Source of the DNA: Octopus vulgaris
Lineage: Eukaryota
DNA: 64,000 nt
NCBI GenBank assembly: GCA_951406725.2
Contig: OX597814.1
Location: 10,974,001 to 11,038,000, forward strand
Direction of reading: 5' to 3'
Within the stretch, counting starts at the first letter, position 1; every line of letters starts with the position of its first letter. The translations under genes and the position numbers were made by a program. Of the stretch, positions 1 to 15,799 are shown piece by piece. The notes below the pieces were generated by a model that made no database searches, was not told the DNA's origin, and saw nothing but the letters and a program-made list of their open reading frames with translations.

Positions 1-47
1 TATGTATATACATACACATATATACATATATATAAACATACATATAT

Positions 48-80
<33 letters not shown>

Positions 81-372
81 TATATACATATACACGCATA
101 TGTATATATACATACATACGTATATATACATACACATAAAGATAGTTATGTATGTATGTATGTATGTATGTATGTATGTATGTATACGCCCATATCTTCA
201 GCTTCGTCTCTCAGATAGATAACGGTGTGTGGAAGGATGTCAAAGAATGGAAGAATATTGCAATTGTGTATCTGCGTGCCAGTGAGGGAGGGAAGAGAGA
301 GACAGAGAGACAGAGAGAGAGAGAGAGAGCAGTAGGTGATGGGAGAAGTATGATTACATATGTATATATATG

Positions 373-404
<32 letters not shown>

Positions 405-1115
405 CATACACATAGAGGGAGAGAGATTTGAGTTTATACAAGTTCATATTTGTTTTAAAACATTTTGTTTAAAAATAATTTCATTTTTATTATGGTACAC
501 ATACGTACATATATGCTTGTGTGACTACTCACGCGCGTGCCCGTGTTTGTGTGTGTGTGTGTGTGTGTGTGTTTGTATGTGTAAGGGTGTGTGTGTGTGC
601 ATAGACTGCGCATCAGTTTCATAATCAATAATTTTGATAAATATATCTCCTAGATTTGCCACATGGGCTGTGATATTCTGAAACATAATAATATTTTTAA
701 AAAAATATAAAGTAAAAAAAAAAAACCAAAAAAACATTTAAACACCGCAAGGGTTTTGTGTGTACGTACGTGGGTGTCTACGGTTTAGTCTATGCGTATG
801 TGTATGTGTGTGTGTGTGTGTGTGCGCGTTTCTGGTTACGAGTTTTCGTCTCTATGTTTCTGTATGGATGAATGGATATGTGGATTTCCGTCTTTTCTGC
901 AATATTTATGATATATGATGTATAACGTTTGATGGGTTTTGTGTGTTGAATAGCATGTAATACGGTATATCGTTGTATTTAAATTACTCATTTTCTATGT
1001 AAAATCTTTTAGTGTCAGTATGGATGGATGAATGGATGGTTGTGGTAAGATAGCGTGGTGTATGAAGAGAGATAGCTGCAGAGAAACGGGAAATGACACA
1101 CGCAGATAGATAGAC

Positions 1116-1158
<43 letters not shown>

Positions 1159-1992
1159 AAGAAAGAAAAGTAGACAGACAGACAGGCAGACAGGCAGACA
1201 TACAGACGGATGAGTGGATGAATGGATGGATAGACAGACAGACAGATAGATAGATAAATAGATAGATAGATACATACATAGATAGATAGATAGATAGATA
1301 GATAGAAAAGTAGACAGACAGACAGGCAGGCAGGCAGGCAGACAGACGGATTGGTGGATGAATCGATGGATGGATGGATGGATGGATGGATAGACAGACA
1401 GATAGACAGACAGACAGGCAGTGAGATACATACATACATACATACATACATACATACATACATACATACATAGATGTGGACATAAATCTTTTATGTAAAT
1501 AATTATATATACCTATAAACACTTATACAAAGACACCAGGAAATGCACACACTCACGAAGATATGCTAAGTCACACTCACGCACATTCATATTAGCATAC
1601 GCACATATATGTATGTGTTTCTTTTATATGGTTCATACTTTTACCTAGTATACATGTGTGTGTGTGTGTATGTGTATGTGTATTTGAGAGTATGTCTATG
1701 TGTTTGTACGTATAGAGTATGTCTATATGCTTACGCGTGTGCATATATGTATGTATGTATATTATATGATTATTGTTTTATTTAGAGTGAAAGCTATTTC
1801 GATTCTCGAATTATGATCCCTCTATATTTTACTATATATAAGGAATAGTTAGAAACGGAACATATGAATGTGTGTTATGTTTGTGTATTTGTGTGTGTTT
1901 GTTTGTGTTTGTGTGTGTGTGTGTGTTCTATCTAGATAAATATACATCTCTCTATCTATTTATCTCTCTCTCTCTCCCCTTCTCTGTCTCTT

Positions 1993-2045
<53 letters not shown>

Positions 2046-2058
2046 ACATGATATAAGA

Positions 2059-2129
<71 letters not shown>

Positions 2130-2143
2130 GTCAGCCATATATT

Positions 2144-2223
<80 letters not shown>

Positions 2224-2501
2224 ATGGAGAAACGTACAACGACACACATGCACATATATGTTTGTATATGAATGCATATATACATGTGCGTGCATATATA
2301 ACGCGGAATATATATATATATTTATATATATGTTAATAAAATATATGCATATATATAAACATATATGTACGTACCTACCTCTACATGTACATATACACGC
2401 ATATATGTGTACAGGACACCAAAAAGACGTCGAACACATAGAGAGACGAAAAACATAGACACAAACCAAGGAACAAGACAGGCAAAAAAGAGAGATACAG
2501 G

Positions 2502-2561
<60 letters not shown>

Positions 2562-2732
2562 AATGGACAACTGAATAAGAATTGCATGATAGTATATTAA
2601 ACTGTTGTTTAGAGATTGACTAATTTACTAATAATTTAGAAAAGATAAAGATTTTTTTTTTTCCTTTTTTTAATTTCAGCTCTGAGCTGTAGCCATGCTG
2701 CACAAAATATAACATATGAAGCGAAAAAGTAC

Positions 2733-2770
2733 GTGAGCGGAAGTGAACGGAAGTGACCGGATGTGACGTA
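2733..2770 (+). promoter_or_regulatory. Three tandem ETS-type sites (10-bp period) followed by a CRE half-site
   Basis: GTGA-GCGGAA-GTGA-ACGGAA-GTGA-CCGGAT-GTGACGTA. Confidence 0.4.
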
Positions 2771-3141
2771 AAGTTTTCAATGTTTTCTCTGAAATCTGAT
2801 ACAAGGAAATTCTAAAACTGATGATACGAAACAAATAGATTTGCTGTGGCTGTGGCGTAAAATAAAATTACGTTTGCAAATCATAGTATCATACGCGTTT
2901 TGAGATTAGCTTTTGTTGTATATATTTTACATGTATGAACAAACGAATCATCCTTTTGCACCGCATGCACAAATGGATGTATGTATATGTGTAAGTATAT
3001 GAATGCTTCACTGCTTGTGTATATCTGTCTGCTTATATGATCAATGTGAGTGTATACCAACAAAAGCTCACACACACGTATATATATGTGTATGTGTGTG
3101 TTTATAAGATATATACATACGTGCATATATATATATATATG

Positions 3142-3180
<39 letters not shown>

Positions 3181-3286
3181 ATATATATATATATATGTAT
3201 GTAAATATGTATATGTGTATATATATATGTATATTTATAAACACATGTATGTACATATGACCTTTATAGTCGATTATCTATGTATG

Positions 3287-3333
<47 letters not shown>

Positions 3334-3460
3334 GCAAAAATATATAGATAAAGAGATATATACATATTATATAATAATAATTATTCATATAATTGTATAT
3401 AGTAAGAAATTAAATATGCTTCCATATATATAGATATATAATTTGTATATATGTATATAA

Positions 3461-3586
<126 letters not shown>

Positions 3587-3694
3587 TTGTATATATATAT
3601 ATATATATACTTAGGCATATATATAAATATTTCGTATATGTGTTTTGTGTGTGTATGTGTGTATGTATTTGTGTATGTGTATGTGTGTATGTGT

Positions 3695-3765
<71 letters not shown>

Positions 3766-4366
3766 AATGATAAAACGTCTGTGTTGGTGAAATGAAATTA
3801 CAACAAAATGAAAACTCCAACAGACATTTTATACATTATTTACATTAGTTACATTTGACGGATATTTTATACAGCAGAATCCTTCAGATTTCATTCATAA
3901 TTTCCTTACAAACTGCGGTGTGTTTTCCTTCATAAATGGTCCTGTCAAAGGCATGTTAACATAGGTACAATACTAAAAAATAAGCATATTGTATTTATTT
4001 TTGAAGCAGGTACGAGGGTTAGACTGAGAGGTTTATTTTTTAAAAATTCATACGTGAGAAAGGTGTGATTTAGTGTATAAAACCAAAGGACAAGCAATGG
4101 TTGAATACATGCACGGAAATGATATATCTTAATTATAGGAGGCGAAGTGTGAGAAGTAATTGATCCGCTCAATGAGAACGCAATTTACAAGCACAGAAAG
4201 GGAACAAAGATAATGTGTAATACATATATATATATATATATATATAGACCACGGGTGTTTAGTTCACTGGGGATCTAATGGGTAAGTGTTGTAACAGTTT
4301 AACAGGGTCCCAAGCTCATAACTTACATGGGAGCTATGGATCCATTCTAGGTTTCCGATTGAGCAG

Positions 4367-4527
4367 ATATATATTTATGAAAGAGAACAGCAAAAGCCGT
4401 GGCATAATAAGTATCTCAATCCATATACATTAATTTATATCATACTTAATTTAAGAATAATATAAAATAAGGTATTGAGATGGTTATTATGTGTCGGCGT
4501 TTTTTTTTCCTCTTTCACAAATATATA
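4367..4527. repeat. Imperfect inverted repeat (about 54-bp arms, 53-bp AT-rich spacer), MITE/pLTR-like
   Basis: ATATTTATGAAAGAGAACAGCAAAAGCCGTGGCATAATAAGTATCTCAAT versus ATTGAGATGGTTATTATGTGTCGGCGTTTTTTTTTCCTCTTTCACAAATAT. Confidence 0.65.
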
Positions 4528-5237
4528 TATATATATATATATCAAAACTGGAGATTGAAAAATGTTTGGTATTATTTAGTCACCATTACATAGGTTTCAT
4601 TTGGTAATCGGAGTTATAGATTTTACATGTAGTAGAAAACATATTTCCTATCAGAAATTTATCGGACGCGCTTCATGAGTACACAGCTAGGGTTTTAATC
4701 CTATCTGCAGTATATATACATACATACATACATAGAAACATACATACATACATACATGCATATATATATAAATATATGTATACAATGAAGGAGAGAGAGA
4801 GAGAGAGAGACATATACATATATATATAGCTGGTTATATCCCGACCTCATTCAATTCAATGTCAATGCTTATGTAAGCAGTTATTAAACAAAATCACCAC
4901 ACAAATTACCCTCTGAAAGCCCTCAATTGCTCAATGACTCTCAGATTGATTTAATTGGACAAGCTTTCAATAGAGGTTCGACGATCCCAGATTTGACTCA
5001 GAGATGACTCTGTGGATGATATGTATGTAATTGCAAATGTCTGTTTTACGTTGACTTATAATAATAATAAAAAAATAAAGACAAACTGAAGTATTACTCG
5101 GTGCTGCATGTATAGTATAAATCTATTAAACTATTTAGAAGAGTGTGGGGTGGGGGAGAGTTAAAAGTGTATTATAATATGTCTATATACATGCATACAT
5201 ATATATATACATACATATATATACATATATATATATA

Positions 5238-5292
5238 CTTTATTTAAAGCAGCAGAAAAATTCAATTGAATTTTCTGCTGCTTTAAATAAAG
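5238..5292. repeat. Near-perfect spacerless 55-bp palindrome
   Basis: CTTTATTTAAAGCAGCAGAAAAATTCAA|TTGAATTTTCTGCTGCTTTAAATAAAG, with one extra A in the left arm. Confidence 0.85.
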
Positions 5293-5361
5293 CATATTAC
5301 TCTACCACTGGTATTTGCGTACTCTTTTTTCCACCTTGTTTCACATTTATGTGTTTACTCC

Positions 5362-5423
<62 letters not shown>

Positions 5424-5441
5424 AGTATATGTACATATATA

Positions 5442-5481
<40 letters not shown>

Positions 5482-5748
5482 TATGTGGTCACAGGACGTC
5501 ACGAAATGTGTACAACAAAAAATACGAAGTACAAATGTACATGGAATATGAACTATTTTTTTGAACAACAAAAGACACAAATGGAAAACAAGACAAACAA
5601 CATAAAGTACGACCCTTCATCAGTTGTTGGCTGTTTTTCTAGCCTCGTATTTCGAACTCACACACGCACATATATATGTGTATATGTGTGTGTACACATA
5701 CACACTCTGTCTCTGTCTCTCACGCACACACACACATATACACACACA

Positions 5749-5818
<70 letters not shown>

Positions 5819-6364
5819 GGCATTGAACAAAATGTATATGCTAAGGGATAATGATAAGAGCATAATCTCACTTGGAAAATATAGAGCAAGATAAATCTAT
5901 TTATGATATTAACGACAGATAGATACATACATAAATACATACATGCACGCACGCATGCACACATACATATATACACACATACATACATGCACACACATGT
6001 CTACACACGAACATACATACATACACATACACACATACATACATATACACACATACATACACACATACATACATATATATATATACAATCATCCTCATAT
6101 TATCCACATACAAATAAACGTGTACATTAGTCTATATACATATATAAGTACACGCATACATGCAAACATGCATTCGTCCTTCCGTAGCGATGGAGAGCAA
6201 AAAACATGTAGAAAAATATTTGGTGCGGGAGACAGTGACAAAGAATCAGGTGTAACTTTATTATTTTACATAAACCAGATGTTATAAGGAGAGCTTTTAC
6301 ATGTGTAAGAAAACAAATAGAGTTACCCGATATGTTTTCGCGTTATTCTTACACACATGTCTGG

Positions 6365-6440
<76 letters not shown>

Positions 6441-6530
6441 ATATATCTATATATATATATCAATCTATCTAGCTAGTTATTTGTGTCTGTCTGTTGGATT
6501 GTCTAACAGTCTATTTATTGTGTGTTTGCA

Positions 6531-6618
<88 letters not shown>

Positions 6619-6949
6619 CTGTAGATTTTGTCTGCTTTTTTTTGTTTTTTTTCTTTATCGATTTTCATTTTGGAAGTAAAGCAAGAATCCAGAGTGGATA
6701 ATCCTCTCTCTCTCTCTCCCTCCCTTTTTCCATCGTTTATCCCAAGTCTCATCTCTCTTTCTCTCTATCTCTCTCTCACTCTCTCTCTCTCTCTCTCTCT
6801 CTCTGCAAATAAACATGAATGTCTGATATATATATATATATGTACATACACACATTCATATATATCAGACATTCACACACACACATACACATATGTTTAA
6901 ACACATATAAACATACATAAATATGTATTTACATTTGTGCATATGTGTG

Positions 6950-7011
<62 letters not shown>

Positions 7012-7364
7012 AATGCATAAATGCATATATATGTGCATGCGTCTGGATGTGTACGTGTGGGTGTATGCATGTGTGTGGGCGCGTGTGTTTGTGTGTATAT
7101 GCCAGTATGTATGCATGCTTACAGCCCCATTCGCAAATATAATAAGACGTGTAAGTAATAGACAATATTGATTTCTCGGAATAATTAACGGAAAACCTAA
7201 ATGGCAGTGAGAGAGGAGAGGACGGCTGATATTCAACGTAGTGTATCCGATAACAGGTAGTGTGAGATGTTGGATTAGATGCTCATCACAAAACATACCG
7301 TTTTCGAGATTTCTATAGCACGCATGAACCTATAGTATGAATGTACTATCTATCTATCTATCTG

Positions 7365-7475
<111 letters not shown>

Positions 7476-7539
7476 AGCTTTCTATTTATATATGAGCGTG
7501 TGTGTGTGTGTGTACATAGACTGACTTGTACATTTCCTG

Positions 7540-7590
<51 letters not shown>

Positions 7591-7622
7591 AGAGATATAT
7601 ATATATATATATACATAGATAT

Positions 7623-7680
<58 letters not shown>

Positions 7681-8115
7681 TATACATGTTCTAAATACAT
7701 AAAGCATTTACGTTTATGCGACTATATTCATCTGCATATGTGTGTGTATGTGTGTATATATATATATACACACATATATATATATACATATCATACATAT
7801 GCATATATATATATTCATATATATATATGTATACACATATATATACGTACATGTGTATGTATATATATCTGTATGCATCTGTGTTTATGTATGCATGTAT
7901 GCATAGATGGATGTATATATAGTGAGAGAGAGAGAGAGAGAGTGGTATGTAAATATAAATAATCTCTCCGTAAATATGCATGCATATTTGTGTATATATA
8001 CATATTTATGCATATATATGTATATATACATATGTGTGTGTGTAATGTGTATATATGTGTGTGTGTATCTTCATGCCTGTATGTTTTATACTTGTACTAC
8101 TGTATAATTAATTAC

Positions 8116-8187
8116 CTGTATTCACAACGAAGTCTTGTGCTATTTCATGAGAATCAGCACATATATTTGCCATGTCATAATACAAAA
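8116..8187 (-). CDS. Candidate internal exon (72 nt, phase 1-1) of the same gene: (V)LYYDMANICADSHEIAQDFVVNT(x)
   Basis: Minus strand reads tgtatttacAG|TTTTGTAT...AATACAG|GTAATT. It is open in the frame that continues exon 1 (G+TT=Val), is a multiple of 3, and is unique sequence between repeats. The polypyrimidine tract is weak and no homology was recognised. Confidence 0.4.
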
Positions 8188-8334
8188 CTGTAAATACAGC
8201 AGCGCCATCTATATCTAGAACAATGACAACAACAACAGCAACAATAATAACAACAACAAAAACAATAACTACTACAATATTCTGTACTGGTACTAACCGA
8301 CAGAGGAACACCCACGTTGGCACTATGTATGCAT

Positions 8335-8583
<249 letters not shown>

Positions 8584-9006
8584 ATGGTTTACTGGTGATG
8601 ACGAGGTCGTATTTTTATGGTGACCGTGTCGAAAAACGATGATGTACCCGGTGTCGCTGTTGCACTGTATATTACGATTTATGTATTGCGAATGAAGACC
8701 TGTGTAAGTGCGGGGCAGACGGCGAGCGAAAGAATGTCACAGCATATGAGTTTAAGTACACATCAGAACGTGTATTCCTTTTTATCACTCCCCCTCTCAC
8801 TTTCTCTCTCTCTCTCACTTATATACATATATATATAGACACACATATATACATATATTAATAATACATAATGCACATGTATGCATGTATATAGACGTAT
8901 GTATACATAAACACACACGCACACATATATATATACATATATACATATATATGCATTTATATATATATATGCATATATATATATGATATATATATATATA
9001 TATATA

Positions 9007-9080
<74 letters not shown>

Positions 9081-9484
9081 TATGCTCATCCGATGGTAAT
9101 GGGGTGGGTCAGTAAAAAAAAATGTTCCCCACCTTCAGATCCAGCGAGAGACAAATATTTAATAATATAATATAATAATATAATATTCAATACTCAGGAT
9201 TTCAGGATCTAACTAATTACCCGCACACACATCCACAGAGGGAGCTATTGCATGTTTGTATAAATTGTTGAAAATTAATAGAAGTTCTTTAAATGTATTT
9301 ACATCACTAACGGGATCTAACTCTAAAAACAGTTTAACTCAACATTTCAATAAATTGATATCGATGTAATTAATAATTTCTTGGAGGTGGTGTCCCAATA
9401 TGGAAGACCACCCACTAAAATGCGTGAAAAGAAATTAAAATGGAAACAATATTTATTGCATCTATCATTCCATAGACCTTTGAG

Positions 9485-9740
9485 ACTGGGATGAACTATC
9501 GATCATATCGGCCTCCATACTTAACTGGCATTTAATTCCATCGAACCCCGATGGACGAAATGTAATGTCAATATTGATTGGGTTTTAAAGTCATTCGTTG
9601 CAGCTCTTAACATTCTGAGTTCAAATCTCTTTCGGGACCGATTAACTAAACTACCTGTCGTGTTCTGCGGTTGATGGCATCGATCAGCCCTCTCTTTTCT
9701 TTCAAAATTGTTGGACTTGTTCCTAAATCAAAATCGTAAT
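9485..9740. mobile_element. Decayed SINE family B fragments in opposite orientations
   Basis: A minus-strand piece (ATCGAACCCCGATGGACGAAA, 9540-9560) and a plus-strand piece (ACATTCTGAGTTCAAATC...TTCGGGACCGAT, 9610-9640). Confidence 0.5.
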
Positions 9741-10818
9741 TACTGTGTTTACGCCTTTGGTGATCAGGTAGACCCAAGATCTGTGAGGTTTCTTAGTTGG
9801 TTTACTTTGATTCGTGACTCTTCAGCATAAGAACTACATTTTTCATGTTTTCACATATTTTAGGATGCTGTAAATATATATACCTTTTATCTCATTTCTC
9901 CTTCATTACCTGTTCTTTCCTCTCATCATTTTCGTAAAAATCCCCAACACGTAACATAAACTATCTTTGTAACGTCCTCCTCATCAAATGACCTTATGTC
10001 AAACAAAATCATCATCATCGTCGTCGTCATCATCGTCATCATCATGATAATTTTCCTTGATATCTTTATTGGTTTCTTATATTTTATTTCTTGGTAGTCA
10101 ACTATTCCATACTATCGTAATGAAGGCATTTTTTAATGATTAATAAGTAGTGCGATGCAATTCGAAAGAACTTAGCCCCTGTTAACGTACTATTATCGTA
10201 TAGTTTCTATTAAGTTATATTGGATTACTTGTCCGCTAAGTAACCATATTAAATAGATTTATCTATTAAGTGTCGACTACTTCACATCTCCAGAACACCA
10301 CCACTACCACCAACACCGCCACCATCACCACCACCACCGTCGCCAACATCACTGATGCTATCACTATTACTAATACTGGCAACATCACCTCCGCCAACAA
10401 TAGCCACTAACACTATCACCAAGAAAACTTCTAGACTATTATCTGCCGAAGTTTTCACTTTTTCATACTAGCTACTAACCATTTTCTCTTTATCAACAGA
10501 TTTTAATTTTTATCTACTTTTATCTGTTAATATGTATTAGTAGCATATATAATTACGTTTGGGTATACATAAGTGTGTGTGTATGTGTGTGTTTGTGGTT
10601 GTGGGTGAGTATGTTTGTAATTGTTGATATGCATGTGTATGCATATATATAGAGATTTATACACACAATCACACACACACACATACACACACACAAACAT
10701 ATATATATATATATGTGTACCATTGATAAGCAAAAAATTGTCGAACCTAGTTTGGTATGTAGATAAATCTATTTACAAACTTTTTTTATATACATACACA
10801 CACATACACATATGTGTA

Positions 10819-10859
<41 letters not shown>

Positions 10860-10908
10860 GCTTTTTAGATTTAGGTGCATTTTCAGACCTCAAAACAAAT
10901 TCTCATAT

Positions 10909-10957
<49 letters not shown>

Positions 10958-11449
10958 ATATATATATATACACATATTCACACACAGACACACATATATA
11001 TGTACAGAGAGAGAGAGTAGTGTATATGGTATATGTGAGTGTCGATGGGTATACATGAATATGTATATATATATATATACGCACATACACACATATATAC
11101 AAAGAGCAGAGAAAGAAAATAGATATATGTGTGTATATATGTGTCTGTATATTTATAGTCATATAAATGTATGCATATATGCAGGTATATGTAGGTATAT
11201 GTACTAATGCATGCATATACGAATGTATATGGGAGAGTGTAAATAAGAAATGCATGTCGAAAGGCGATTTTACAGACAACTTTAAATGTGCAACTGTACT
11301 CTTCCGCCGTCCAGACATCTCTATATAGTTTGATGTAATGTAATCTTGTATCACGTCAAGGAGGAAACTTGTACGAAGTCGTTCGACTCCAAATTAAAAT
11401 TACTTACTGAAAATCAGAAATAATTTTATTTGCAAATTGTATTCTTTGA

Positions 11450-12105
11450 CACCTTGAAATAGACGAGATAACTAAAACCGGATGGAATCCTCTGTCCTTG
11501 ATTGAACATCGTTTCATTAAAGTCAGCTTCGAGTGAAATACTAACATTAACAATAAAATAAGCTTATGTAGGTCATTCTTATCATTCTTTTGGAGGCCCA
11601 TGTCTAATTTAGTTTCATCACTTATATAATGTAAGGTCGAACTGAAGGTGAGTAATTTTGACCAATTCACCACCAGATCTTGAATGAACCACTAAGGCTA
11701 AATCTTCCACAAACACTAGCCCTTTCTCGCTTGGCTCATATCTTTTAGCCTGCAACCGATAAATGGAGATCGTTTGAAAAAGCTTTAACCAGCCTCGTAC
11801 CAATGGAGGCTGTGAAGACTATGGGTACATATCTTTTCTTCAGAGGAAAACCATTTAAGAAATCATTAAAGAGCACAAAAAATTTGTTCATCCTCGGGAC
11901 GAACATCTCTGATCTCTGATATGATGACAGTGACACAGAGCAGATGTTGAAGAAACTTAAGATACTTTGGATTTGAGAACCAGCTTGGAAGAATTTGAGA
12001 AAACTAACCTTGGTCCCTTCAACAAAGAACACTTGGCATAATCCTTGGGAGGTATGAAGATTTATTGTCACAAAATTTCAAGACATGGTTCTGGTAATAT
12101 GATCA
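11450..12105 (-). mobile_element. Highly decayed RTE-clade LINE reverse-transcriptase fragment
   Basis: Ordered remnants across frames: ILPE..., PKYLKFLQHL, RLQAKR...LVFVEDLALVVHS (compare RTE RLQAKTK...LLFADDCALVAHS), and KLLTFSSTLHYISDETKLD (compare KFTYLGSTIS...LD). Confidence 0.55.
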
Positions 12106-12864
12106 ATGTGGGACTTTTTTTACAACAATAATAATAATAATAATAATGATAATAAAAATAATAATAATAATAATAATAATAACAATAATAATAATAATAA
12201 TACCGATTGTGATGACAATGATGACATCGACAACCACGACGACAACCACGACGACGACGGCGATGATGATGATAAAAGTGATGAGGATTTCTTTAATTGG
12301 GCGCTGCGAATTCGATGAGTAATGGGGGCACTTACAAAGACGGTTACAATCTGTAAGAGAATGACATAAATCCTCCCTATTCAAAGGAGCTTCCATACAG
12401 GACCAATCTAGGTACACTACAGATCCTAGATTGCAGGGATCACTCTAAAGTCAAGCGCCTTCGCTCAACCGTTCTCCTAGTATGGGCAACTGAATGTAGT
12501 AAAACGAACTGATTGTTTAAATGTTTTTAAGATAGTTTATTATAGCTAAATATTTTGTCATGTTTTGAGTCAATTAGGGCCGTGAGTGGTGGGGAAAGAT
12601 TTCGATAATAGCCCTTAGTCATAAATTTGTGGAGTTGTAATATATATTTCAAGGGATGGCGAATAGTTTCAATGTAAACCCATCATTTCATAATTGTGAA
12701 TTTTATGACGCTTCAAGAGAATGTTATGATTATCATAAATATAGACATTAGATATGTATGCATACTTATGTATGTATGTATGTATGCATGTATGTATGTA
12801 TGTATCGTATGTAATGTATGTATGTATCTATCTATCTATATATATATATATATATATATCTATA

Positions 12865-12895
<31 letters not shown>

Positions 12896-12912
12896 GTATA
12901 TGTATCTATCTA

Positions 12913-12952
<40 letters not shown>

Positions 12953-13104
12953 TATATATACTAATAGATAGATAGATAGATAGATATTGATAGATAGAGA
13001 GATAGCATATTAGGACTGAAAGTGCAGATTCCTTACTTGACATTCATACATCTGTATCTATCTACCAATATACACAAGTGAATATGTGTGTGTGTATTAA
13101 TATA

Positions 13105-13500
13105 TACTCTTTACTCTTTACTCTTTTACTTGTTTCAGTCATTTGACTGCGGCCATGCTGGAGCACCGCCTGTAATCAAGCAACTCGACGCCGGGACTTA
13201 TTCTATCGGTCTCTTTTTGCCGAACCGCTAAGTGACGGGGACATAAACACACCAGCATCAGTTGTCAAGCAATGCTAGGGGGACAAACACAGACACACAA
13301 ACATACACGCACACATATATATATATATACATATATACGATGGGCTTCTTTCAGTTTCCGTCTACCAAATCCACTCACAAGGCTTTGGTCGGCCCGAGGC
13401 TATAGTAGAAGAAACTTGCCCAAGCCGCCACGCAGTGGGACTGAACCCGGAACCATGTGGTTGGTAAGCAAGCTACTTACCACACAGCCACTCCTGCGCC
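13105..13500 (-). mobile_element. tRNA-derived SINE family A, near full length
   Basis: Head GGCGCAGGAGTGGCTGTGTGG (A box)...GGTTCAGTCCC (B box), a CORE-like CTTGGGCAAG segment, an internal (CA)/(TA) tract, and a 3' tail GGCGGTGCTCCAGCATGGCCGCAG...AAACAAGTAAAAG with AGTAAAG repeats. Confidence 0.9.
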
Positions 13501-13892
13501 TATATGAATACATATATATATGAACATATATATATATACTCGTATATACACATGTACATGTGTGTGAGTGTATGTATTTATGTATTTATATATACACAGC
13601 CACTATTTTGTACAATTAAAGTTTTCGGAGTATTTTATAATTTTACTTATACATTAGGTATAATTAATTTCTAAGAACTACTGAGAACCTCGGAAGTTTC
13701 GCTTTTATGGTCGGTAATCATGGATTACTGACAAGAATAATTTATTTAATACAATTATAAATACATATGTACATGTGTATGTACATATCTATCTATCTAT
13801 CGATATATATAAATATGTATATATATGAAAATATATCTATATATATATATACATACACATACATATATACATATATATATACATACATACAT

Positions 13893-13952
<60 letters not shown>

Positions 13953-14082
13953 TATATGTGTGTGTATACATATACATACACACATGTATATATATGTAAA
14001 CAAACTATATATATATATATATTTCTGAGTAAAAGTTATACACGTAATATTTCTGCATGAGAAATTTTGCCATGACATTGCA

Positions 14083-14147
<65 letters not shown>

Positions 14148-14176
14148 GAGAAAGAAGCAACAAGAATGGATTGCTT

Positions 14177-14218
<42 letters not shown>

Positions 14219-14274
14219 ACATATATAACATATATACATATATATATATATAATATATATACATATATACATAT

Positions 14275-14323
<49 letters not shown>

Positions 14324-14592
14324 GTGGTGTGTGTGTGTTTATGTATGTGTGTTTGTGTATGTTGTGTGTATGTGTATATATATGAAAATAAAACAATACA
14401 ATTATAGTCATTATATATTGTATGTAATGTATTACTAATGCGAAATTCGACAATTTGTTTTTTATATTAATGGCAATTATTTACATAAAATTCTTTTTGA
14501 ACATTCAAGAAGTTTAATTACTCGTACTCATCATTAGAATTAACGTTAATATTAATACATTAATGTACTTATTAATCCTGTAGCAAACAAAA

Positions 14593-14764
<172 letters not shown>

Positions 14765-14765
14765 G

Positions 14766-14905
14766 ATTTGATTGGTGTTGGTTCTTACACCTGGTAGAAC
14801 TTATGTGTGTAGCAGGTTACTACTTGTAACCTCAGGTATCTACAATCTTTCAATACTCTTTCAAGTGCTTCAGATCATCCTGATAATCTTTCCTGCCCTT
14901 GAGAG
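14766..14905 (-). mobile_element. Probable 3' end of an R4/Dong-like element
   Basis: Minus strand ends ...AGKIIRMI*, followed by a short UTR running directly into (AAT)n, as at 58.5 kb. Confidence 0.35.
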
Positions 14906-15070
14906 GCAAAATTTCTTGTTCCTCCGTCTTTACGTTCTGAATTCAAATTCTGTAAGTTCTCAGTTCCAGTTCGACCTTACATTTCATCCTCACGGAGTCG
15001 ATAAAATAGTACAAGTCAAGCCCTATCCCGCTACCCACAACTTCCCGGCCTTGTGCCTATAGTGAAAAGG
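14905..15070 (+). mobile_element. SINE family B, diverged
   Basis: CCGTCTTTACGTTCTGAATTCAAATTC...TTTCATCCTCACGGAGTCGATAAAAT...GGCCTTGTGCCTATAGT then (ATT)n. Confidence 0.7.
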
Positions 15071-15101
15071 ATTATTATTATTATTGTTGTTGTTGTTGTT
15101 G

Positions 15102-15194
<93 letters not shown>

Positions 15195-15276
15195 GTAATT
15201 ATTATCATTATTATTATTATTATTATTACCATCATTATTATTATTATTATCATTATTATTATTATTATCATTATTA

Positions 15277-15310
<34 letters not shown>

Positions 15311-15324
15311 CATCATCATCATCA

Positions 15325-15384
<60 letters not shown>

Positions 15385-15411
15385 TTATTATCATCATCAT
15401 CATCATCATCA

Positions 15412-15482
<71 letters not shown>

Positions 15483-15567
15483 TATTGCCTTTGCACAGCT
15501 TCTAACGCTGGAGATTCACTACGGTGCCAGCTGTTCACTACCAGTAAACTAAGATAACACCCCTTAC

Positions 15568-15648
<81 letters not shown>

Positions 15649-15799
15649 ATTGTGGCTGAAACCATTACAAGTCGATTAGCTCTACACAACGCCGTCATAT
15701 CTTTCTTCGTGTGCGTTGTGGGTATACTTGCTTATTTTTCTCAAATGTTTCGTCTTGGAGGTCCATCATTACTCAAGTAAAAATTTTTGGTATGTGTTA

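Noticed and set aside
2811-2840. CTGATGA-TAC-GAAAC as a hammerhead
   Set aside because: No stem II, no GUH triplet and no stem I.
4061-4068. AGGTGTGA T-box sites (also about 19320) as autoregulatory elements
   Set aside because: About two hits are expected by chance in 64 kb, especially in TG-rich DNA.
5610-5630. Minus-strand CTGATGAAGG half-core
   Set aside because: No downstream GAAA/GUH; at best a truncated pLTR remnant.
13430-13500. tRNA gene
   Set aside because: The A/B boxes belong to SINE heads; there is no complete cloverleaf and the sequence continues into SINE body.
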